Part shown: positions 55,317 to 64,000 of the stretch, in pieces
Position numbering within the stretch: the stretch's first letter is position 1
Layout: each line of letters opens with the position of its first letter
Assembly (NCBI GenBank): GCA_951406725.2
Contig: OX597830.1
Span: 6,572,001-6,636,000 of the forward strand
Length of the DNA stretch: 64,000 nt
Direction: 5' to 3'
Source of the DNA: Octopus vulgaris
Taxonomy: Eukaryota
Program-made: the position numbers and the translations under genes
Notes under the pieces: model-generated
What the model saw: only the letters and a program-made list of their open reading frames with translations
Told to the model about the DNA's origin: nothing
Database searches by the model: none

Positions 55317-56111
55317 AAAAATATGGTAAAGTGAAAAAATTCACTTTACCACACACCGAACTTTTCAGAAATAGCAGCCAAAAATTTGGCTATTTCTTCA
55401 ACTGCAAATAAAAGTCTCCAGACAATGCATACTCAGAAAATAACTCACATAGGTATAAGGGAAAAAAACAATGAAAGATCACATCCATATACGATACCCG
55501 AGGACAGTCTGTTTCTGGATTTGTGGGTAAAACGCCACTTTTCCTTCATCAGCTCAGAGATTTCTTCTGATTTAGATTTGAAAATACTAAGAATCAAACA
55601 TACCCGTCCGATATCTGTAACATCGGACAAACCATGCCAGACACACAGTACTAGCGAATCCAAAAATACGAATGAGATCTATTATTCTCCCTGTCCACCC
55701 ACGTGAGTCATAGAGCATTACATTTCTACAGAGGTAAAAACTGTAGTTCAAATTCTTGGAGAGAAAGCATTATATTGTTATCAAAAAAGGGGTCGAATTA
55801 ATTAATTGTTAATAAATATAGCAGTACAACAAGATGTGTATATTGGTGTGTATATAAGTAGTCTTTCATTCTTTTATTCTTTTATCTGTTTCAGTCATTT
55901 GACTGCGGCCACGCTGGAGCACCGTCCTTAGCCAAGCGATTTTAGGGGTACAACCACAGACATACAAACACATACATACATACGACGGGCTTCTTCCAGT
56001 TTCCGTCTCCGAAATCCACTCACAAGTCTTTGGTCGACACAAGGCTATAGTAGAAGACACTTACCCAAGGTGCCAACGATGTAGTTGGTAAGCAAGCTAT
56101 TTAGCACACAA
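54977..56111. repeat. ~300-bp direct duplication (54977-55274 and 55814-56111), each with a minus-strand SINE A plus flank
   Basis: Near-identical copies share the same internal deletions and 45 bp of non-SINE flank. Confidence 0.92.
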
Positions 56112-56117
56112 TATATA

Positions 56118-56171
<54 letters not shown>

Positions 56172-56190
56172 GTATTTATCTTTGTGTGTG

Positions 56191-56222
<32 letters not shown>

Positions 56223-56845
56223 CGAGAGAGAGAGAGATACAGAACGAAAAATTGATAGACAGATGGATAGGTATATATGTACATACATAGTTACACACAC
56301 ACACATATTTGTATATGCATGAATACAGACACATACGCCATACGCATGATTAAATATATACATGCATACCTACATGTCTGAGTGTGTGTGTGTGTGTATG
56401 TGTGTACATATAGGTGTGTGAGTACGTATGTACATATCATGACTCGACCATCACTGGTAAATGAGTAAGACCTGGTTGCTTGCAACATATCACACTTCAC
56501 CCAATTTTTTTGTTTGTTTTTTATATCTCTCTAGCCGCGTTTAGCGAATAGGGATAGATCCCTTGACGGACTTACCAACGCTGACTTACGAGATCCTCAA
56601 CGATGTAACAGCAATGGGGAGAGAGGGGGGAGGGGACAGATGAAGAGAAAGGGAGAAAGAGTTAATTGGACCAGTTTGGAATTATAGTCATTGCACAAGG
56701 ACTCAACGTGCCTTGCACACATATTGAACTCACAACCTTATGATCGCGAGCAAAACACCTAACCACTCTCCTATGCCTCATCACACACACACACACACAC
56801 ACACAAATGCAAATATATACATATACATGCATATATACATACATG

Positions 56846-56878
<33 letters not shown>

Positions 56879-56879
56879 C

Positions 56880-57092
56880 AATGTATGTATATGCTTGTGT
56901 GTCTGTGTTTGACCCTCTCCCCATCATCGCTTGGCAACCGATGTTGGTGTGTTTAAATCCCCGGCAAAAGAGACCCGATAGAATAAGTACTAAGCTTACA
57001 AAGAATAAGTCATGGTGTCGATTTTCTCGACTAAAATCAGTGCCGCAGCATGGCCGCAATCAAATAACTGAAACAAGTAAGAGAGTAAAAGA
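56880..57092 (+). mobile_element. SINE family A, 3' half
   Basis: catcgcttggcaaccgatgttgg...actgaaacaagtaagagagtaaaag. Confidence 0.8.
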
Positions 57093-57289
57093 ATATATAT
57101 TCATGCGCGCACACACGAAGAAAGGAGATAATTAAAAATGAATGAACATTCTATGAGTTTGAAGAGTAACCTATAGTCTTGATAGATTGGAAACAGATTG
57201 TGACTGGACAATTAAAGATGCCGACGACAAAGAAGTCCCCTCACAACATTCAGATTACATCAGGCAACAGCTCACACACACACATAGAC

Positions 57290-57372
57290 ACACACGCACG
57301 GAAGCACAGAACCACACACACACACACGGAAGCACAGAACCACACACACACGGAAGCACAGAAGCACACACA
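57290..57372. repeat. Minisatellite cacacacggaagcacagaac, about 3 copies
   Basis: Direct reading. Confidence 0.8.
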
Positions 57373-58484
57373 GACTCCCTCACATTCACACAAACCGGAT
57401 ATACACACCTAGACAATATGCAGGAAGAATACCTCCCTGGCTGTAAATGCCCTATAGGAACTTTACGATTCGTTGGAGCCCGTTTTAAATACAAAAGACT
57501 CATTATCACAAACGTTTATGTAACCTGATAAAACCTATACACGTACAAATAATCTGTGAAGTAACAGACTGCGCACTCACCTATATATATATATGCCAAG
57601 GGACAGTTACTATACAGACATTGATTACGCACAGATATGTACACGTAATAGTTACAAGCAGTGGAAAGTGAGTTAAATTGAAATGAGAGGAAAAGAGGAA
57701 GCAGAAATGTTTCACTTTAGAATATAACAAACTTGGAATCAAAACTTCTTTCCAAGGACAATTATGCAACGCATAAATAAGCAAGGTTTTTAACAAGGAG
57801 CAGGGCTCCTTGTGGGTGGGGAGCGCCCATCTGAAAGAAAAAAATGACAAGGGCTATTGATTACCAACTCGTGAATAGATTGTCTCCAGCATGGGGTGTC
57901 ATCGAGAACATGTAACCTGGTAGAAACCCAAGCTTGATGATGATACAACCTGTGTAGACTAAGAGAAAACTAACAACCAACAGTAACTTAGCCGGTTATT
58001 GAAGTAGTTCAGCTGTCACGTTAATGGTGGGGCGCTGGTTAGTAAGGGCCCTTAACTAGGAAATCTCTCCTGCATAAATAACACCATTTCAACTGAATTA
58101 TGTAGGGTATGTATACCTATAGGTCACTTACAATATATAACCGAGTATGTGTTACACATATAAACTGTATCCTGTAAATTAAGAGAAAATTCGTCTTGAT
58201 ATTATCCCCTCTGCTCCCTGCGATACTTAGCTTTTCGTGTACCCTGACTCTCTGCATTTCTGCTGCATGATGTGATTTGTATCTACTCACAGATAATCCG
58301 TCGGAGCAGCTGGAGTCCATTGAGCTAAATATGGTAAATGTTTCCCAAAGGCCGACATTGAGATAAGATTCAACGTCATACTTGAAAGGTGATTGTTAGG
58401 ATTTGGACACGGTCATCCGTCAATATCATTTATTACTGCTCAACTCGTTACCGTCTGTGAAACCTTTGCAGACCTGATAACAAT

Positions 58485-58850
58485 GGTTCCGAATTTTAGC
58501 ACAGAGCCAGCAGTTGTCAAGGCGGGGGCAAAGTCGATTACATCGAGATCAATATTTGATTGGTACTTATGTCACCCACCCACAAAAGATGATGGGCAAA
58601 TCGACGTAGGCGGAATTTGAACTCACAACGTAACGGCAGACGAAATACCTATTTCTTTACTACCCACAAGGGGCTAAACACAGGAGACAAACAAGGACAG
58701 ACAAACGGATTAAGTCGATTATATCGACCCCAGTGCGTAACTGGTACTTATTTAATCGACCCCGAAAGGATGACAGGCAATGTCGACCTCGGCGGAATTT
58801 GAACTCAGAACGTAGCGGCAGACAAAATACCGCCAAGCATTCTGTCCGGC
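58485..58850 (-). mobile_element. Two tandem SINE family B copies; the second has an alternative 3' tail
   Basis: ggcggaatttgaactca occurs at ~58610 and ~58791. Confidence 0.82.
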
Positions 58851-60209
58851 AATAACAGCATGTAAATATTGGGCTGAAAATCCCATTTGAATAGTAAAAG
58901 TCAAATACAATATATACGCCGTCTGTATTTTTGTTTTGTTTGTTTTTTGTTGTTTTTCTGGGGGGTTTTTTTGTTTTTTTTTTACTTTGCAGATGTATCA
59001 AGATCATATTAATGATAATACTTTCAAATTTTGGCACAAGGCCAGTGATTTTCTGGAGTGAGTGTTGGTTACAGGATTACATATTTTTCGATTTAAGCTT
59101 CTGTATTTTCCAAATAACCACCGATTCTTCGAAATAGTCTACGATTTAAGTTTCTGTACTTTCAAAATAACCATCGATTGCAGTTAAAACCTCTCATATT
59201 TGAGAGGATTAATAAAGTTTGTTGATTATTTATCATCGGTTGTGTTGATGCAATATCTTGCAAGGAGCAAACCAACTCTATGCCTTTCTTCAGCGCAGCG
59301 TAGCTAGAGAGCTTCCTAGTGAATATTCCTATACTGAATATTAATATCACTGTTGATCTCTACACGTATCCAGTCCTATAGAAAGCCATTCGTTAACTGG
59401 TCCAGCAAAACACTAAAAGAATAATGTAGTTGATTTGACTCTCTCATGGCTTCCCGTTAAAAGCGAGAGACACTCGCCGAATATGGAGATCCAGATTTAA
59501 GACTGAAAATGTAAAAGAAGTGACAGGAGCAATCTGAAGAGGAGCAAAATTAAAGTTAAAATCATTCCTTTATTCTTTTCATTGTGGGCAAATGGATCAA
59601 GTAAGTAGGGACACGCATAAATCATAAACAGATTCCGATCCATTGAATAAATGAGAACTTCGTTTTCGAAGAATATTTTGTTACGACGTCGGTTGAACTT
59701 GATATACATTCACACACAAACACAAATATATATGTATGTATATATGTGTGTGTATGTGTGTATATGTATACATGCATATATATGTATGTGTGTGTATGTA
59801 TATGTATCAGATATATATATGCATATACGTAAGCTTGTCTATCGTGGCCACATATACAAACCATAAAAAGTCAGGTGATATTAAAATTAAAGATATTCAT
59901 TTAACCACTTGTTATCCGTAGGTTTACGGCCGTTCCGTAGCCTTCATTATGCAATAATAATTTCAGGGTATAATTCCTAATGATTAATCATTCTAAACGC
60001 CTAATTATTCTCAATACCTGCCCCGATATGTTTGCAATGGATTTTACAATACAATTGTGCATTTGAAAATCGATGCAGATAAAGAAGAAGAGATCAAGAG
60101 ATTATCAGCAAATCAGAGCATGGGAATTGTATGTGACATGATAGTCGTGTCCACTAGAAGGCTTCAGGTAGTAGCCACAGCATTCTATGAATCCATATAT
60201 TGCGTTACA

Positions 60210-60258
<49 letters not shown>

Positions 60259-60420
60259 CGATATAATAAAACCTCCCCCCGCCCATTTCATCTTTCATAT
60301 ATATTTAACTTAATCTCGGTACAGTGTCTCATCGTCACAGAATATATTGACTATTCTTAAACATGTTGTTGGATATTACTAATGCAAACACACTTGTGCG
60401 CGCATGCGTGTAGCATGTAC

Positions 60421-60465
<45 letters not shown>

Positions 60466-60789
60466 TGTATGTATATATAATATATGATATATACTGACAG
60501 AGAATATTATATATATATATATATATATATATGGATACATATAATACATATATGCTGAATAATAACACACATGCATGCGCAGGCGCGTATGTGTTACTAT
60601 TCGGCTATATGCATATGTATGTATGTGTGAATGAGTGTCTTTAAGCGGATGTGTGAATGTGTGAACGTACCACTCCAGAGCTTGCCAGTACCACATGCTG
60701 CTCACAGTCCGTTTGAGTGCATTCAGATAATAAAGATAACCGGTGTTGTTGGATTCATAATCACATAGACTAACGCCCACACCTCTTGG

Positions 60790-60915
60790 AAACCAGTGTT
60801 GTTTTGTTTACGTCGCCGTAAAGAAACCTATACAATAAATACCAGGCTTAAACTATGTCCTGGAGTTGATCCGTTCGACTAAACTTCTTCAAGATGGTGC
60901 CCCAGCATGGCAGCA
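60790..60915 (+). mobile_element. SINE family A, 3' fragment
   Basis: ttcgactaaacttcttcaagatggtgccccagcatggc. Confidence 0.65.
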
Positions 60916-61231
60916 TTCTGATGATTTCATATAGATTTGTTCGCTCTTCCCAAATCACTTTTTCGCAGCTCACTACAGTCTGCATCACATTTTATCCTTG
61001 GTGTTCATCCGCCTTTCATTATAATGTAATAATTGACAATTAAACAGATCAATATTCGAGGGGAATCGATCACTACAAAAGATTTTAAGGCAGTTGTGAG
61101 GACACAAATGCCTTTAAATATATACTGTTGCGATATCAATAATAATCGCAATTGTCTTGGAGGCTCTAAAATCCATAAAATGGCCGTCTCTCATAGGTTT
61201 CTCTCTCTGTCTTTTTTAGTATTTCGTTTGT

Positions 61232-61383
61232 TTAACGCTCTGAGTTCAAATTCCAACGAGGTTGATTTTGCCTTTCATCCTTTTGGAGTCGATGAAATAG
61301 GTTTAAGCTGAACACAAGGGTCGACATAATTGACTTAGCCCTTCCCCGAAATTGTTGCTCCTGTAACACCAAAATTAGAAACC
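61232..61383 (+). mobile_element. SINE family B, 5'-truncated
   Basis: ctctgagttcaaattccaacgaggttgattttgcctttcatcc. Confidence 0.82.
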
Positions 61384-61742
61384 GATGTATGTAGTATGAT
61401 ACACGCATGCGCGCGCGCACATGATCAGAGAGACTCCAATGACGCTCGTGTTGCACCGCGTGAGCAAGATTTACATTTTGTAATAGAACCAGAACAGAAC
61501 AGTGAACTCAATATGAGGAGAGGAAAATCTGCCGTTGTCGACTAATACAAGACGAATTTCGAGGATTAAAAATTCCATGTAAAACGCAGCAAGATTCGGA
61601 CATAGATATGGAGGCTGTTTGAATGTTTGCACCACAGGTTTCCACTATAAAATTCGTCAATTTGTATAATGGAAAATACGAGATATGTATGTGTTCATGT
61701 GTGTGTTTCAGTGTACATACAAAAATATATGTTTGCATATTG

Positions 61743-61783
<41 letters not shown>

Positions 61784-61788
61784 ATACA

Positions 61789-61987
61789 AACAATTGCAGC
61801 GTGGAAGGTGTTTGTAAGCCATTTAAGAAACACACAAAAGCCGTTCGATTCACTTCAACATTTAAGTTTAATTTGTCAAAATATTTTCGAGCTAAATGGC
61901 TTACAAACACCTTCCACGCTGCAATTGTTTTCGTTCTAGCACACGATCTCAGATCAAATCACTTGCTATGCGAGTACTTCTCCCTAT

Positions 61988-61990
<3 letters not shown>
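61789..61990 (+). mobile_element. Fold-back element in (TA)n, same family as 23851-24165
   Basis: Arms 61789-61825 and 61893-61929; same tail. Confidence 0.85.
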
Positions 61991-62057
<67 letters not shown>

Positions 62058-62062
<5 letters not shown>

Positions 62063-62523
62063 CAAAAAGCAATAAAGATTCAAGTTAATTTAAATGAATT
62101 TACTTGAATATGGTACCTAACTTAGATGCACCAAAAAAAACTATACTGATTTAACAATACAGTAATGTGGGGTGATTATAGCGAGAATGAAGCAACAAGA
62201 ATGGATAGGTTTTAGTACAATCGTTTCATACAAGGACAGGTTTATAGTTAGCAAATTACAGCATATAAACGTGTCCCGTACTCATCAGCTAAAATACATG
62301 TGAGTTCTCTAGACATCCTAGTGGTTGAGGCTATACTACATTATCTACATTACTTCATGAGTATAGCCTCAACCACTAGGATGTCTAGAGAACTCACATG
62401 TATTTTAGCTGATGAGTACGGGACACGTTTATATGCTGTAATTTTTGCAACTTTTAATAAAACCTGTCCTTGTATGAAACGATTGTACTAAAAACCTATC
62501 CATTCTTGTTGCTTCATTCTCGC
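62058..62523 (-). mobile_element. Fold-back element in (TA)n; arms 62181-62337 and 62360-62523, tail 62058-62180
   Basis: About 160-bp near-perfect arms, each with a hammerhead. Confidence 0.9.
62403..62493 (+). ncRNA. Type I hammerhead ribozyme motif with long stem II (partner on minus at 62210-62294)
   Basis: ttttag-CTGATGA-gtacgggac...gtccttgtat-GAAA-cgattg-TA-ctaaaa. Confidence 0.75.
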
Positions 62524-62654
62524 GTATATATATATATATATATAATCAATATGCAAACATATATTTTTGTATGTACACAGAAACACACACATGAACACAT
62601 ACATATATATATAAATATATATATATATAATATGTATTACATATAATTATATAT

Positions 62655-62933
62655 GGTTTACTGTTGTGTTAAGGCAAGGTAACAAAATAAATAAGAATTC
62701 CATCCAGGGAAAGATAACTGTCATTTGATATACACAGTATAAATCTACAACCTACCCTTAATTCCTTGCATAGGAGAGGCGGGTCAAGGCAGGATCTTAT
62801 AGCATACCTCGTGGCTCAAGGCGTGAGGATTGTTTGGAGATAAAGCATGTTATAAAACCTGCCCTAACACGCGTCTCCAATGCAAGAAACTCTAAGAAGT
62901 TCGTATCTTTAAACTGTCAACATGTCAACATTG

Positions 62934-62935
<2 letters not shown>
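62655..62935. mobile_element. Old fold-back insert between (TA)n tracts; arms 62762-62805 and 62847-62889
   Basis: ttccttgcataggagaggcgggtcaaggcagg versus the reverse complement of cctgccctaacacgcgtctccaatgcaagaa. Confidence 0.55.
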
Positions 62936-62982
<47 letters not shown>

Positions 62983-63510
62983 TACAGACACATATATATA
63001 TATGTATGTTTATATATATATATATAAGTACACATATATGTGTGTGCATATGCATATAGGTACATATTCAACTCGGTCACATATTTCTACTGTAACAGTT
63101 TTGCTTTTCTGTCACTCCCTCACGTTTTCTCATTACCTTCCCCTCCCTTTCTTTTTCTCTCTCTCTCTCTTTCTTCATCTCTCTCTCTCTCTCTCTATCA
63201 CCTTATCTCTCTCAGTTGTTCAATAGTGTTTAGCAATTACAAAACATTACAGATACCCTAACGATGGTTTTTCAAACAGCAGCAGCAGCAGCAGTGGCTA
63301 CTAGTTCTACGCAGACAGAGTGTCTGGACATCGATTTAAGTTACAGAGGCACCATGTCCCCAGTATATGGGGCGGGGAGCAGACGTGAAAACGAGAAAGA
63401 CTCTAAATGTAGTGTCTGGGCATCTATTACAAATACAATATAGATTTTCTTTGAATACATCACTACCTACATACATATTTATATAAACACGCATGCTTGC
63501 ATGCATGCAT

Positions 63511-63586
<76 letters not shown>

Positions 63587-63949
63587 GTACATGATATATG
63601 ATATAAACATATAAACATAAGTATATATCTATGCATGCATGCATATGTGTATATACATACATACACAAACATATATATATATAAACATACATATACACGT
63701 GGAATTATATGTGTGTGTATGTGTGTGTGTGTGTATGTGAGTGTGTGCGGGTATGTTTATGTTCCGATAATCTGAAAGTAAGGAAACGACATTGTACGTT
63801 TGTACCCATGTGTATATATGCTTATATGTGTGTGCATCTCTGTATTATGTGTGTGTGTCTGTGTGTGTGCGCATGTGTGTGAGTGTTGGTGTAAGCTAAT
63901 ATCTGCATATTATTGTCTGTGAGTAAGAGACATTGCAGATATACATACA

Positions 63950-64000
<51 letters not shown>

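Overview
AT-rich, microsatellite-saturated animal non-coding DNA. The repeat families look like those of a coleoid cephalopod, probably Octopus (inference from recognition, not from a search). No host protein-coding exon is supportable, and nearly all ORFs in the track are translations of (TA)n, (CA)n, (TAA)n or (TATG)n. Contents: about 30 tRNA-derived SINE copies from several families; six 3' fragments of RLE-type (R4/Dong-like) non-LTR retrotransposons, five with their 3' end on (TAA)n; one non-autonomous Helitron with both ends; Tc1/mariner, pogo and LINE relics; and several local duplications. The main signal is about 15 short fold-back elements from roughly a dozen unrelated sequence families. 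Most sit in (TA)n tracts, have an inverted arm plus a one-sided tail, and many carry minimal type I hammerhead ribozyme motifs, including core variants. A decayed Penelope-like element with direct terminal repeats at 54.0-55.0 kb is a candidate parent type. The window suggests two parallel microsatellite-targeting retroelement systems, one for (TA)n and one for (TAA)n. Coordinates were read by eye and may be off by a few bases.
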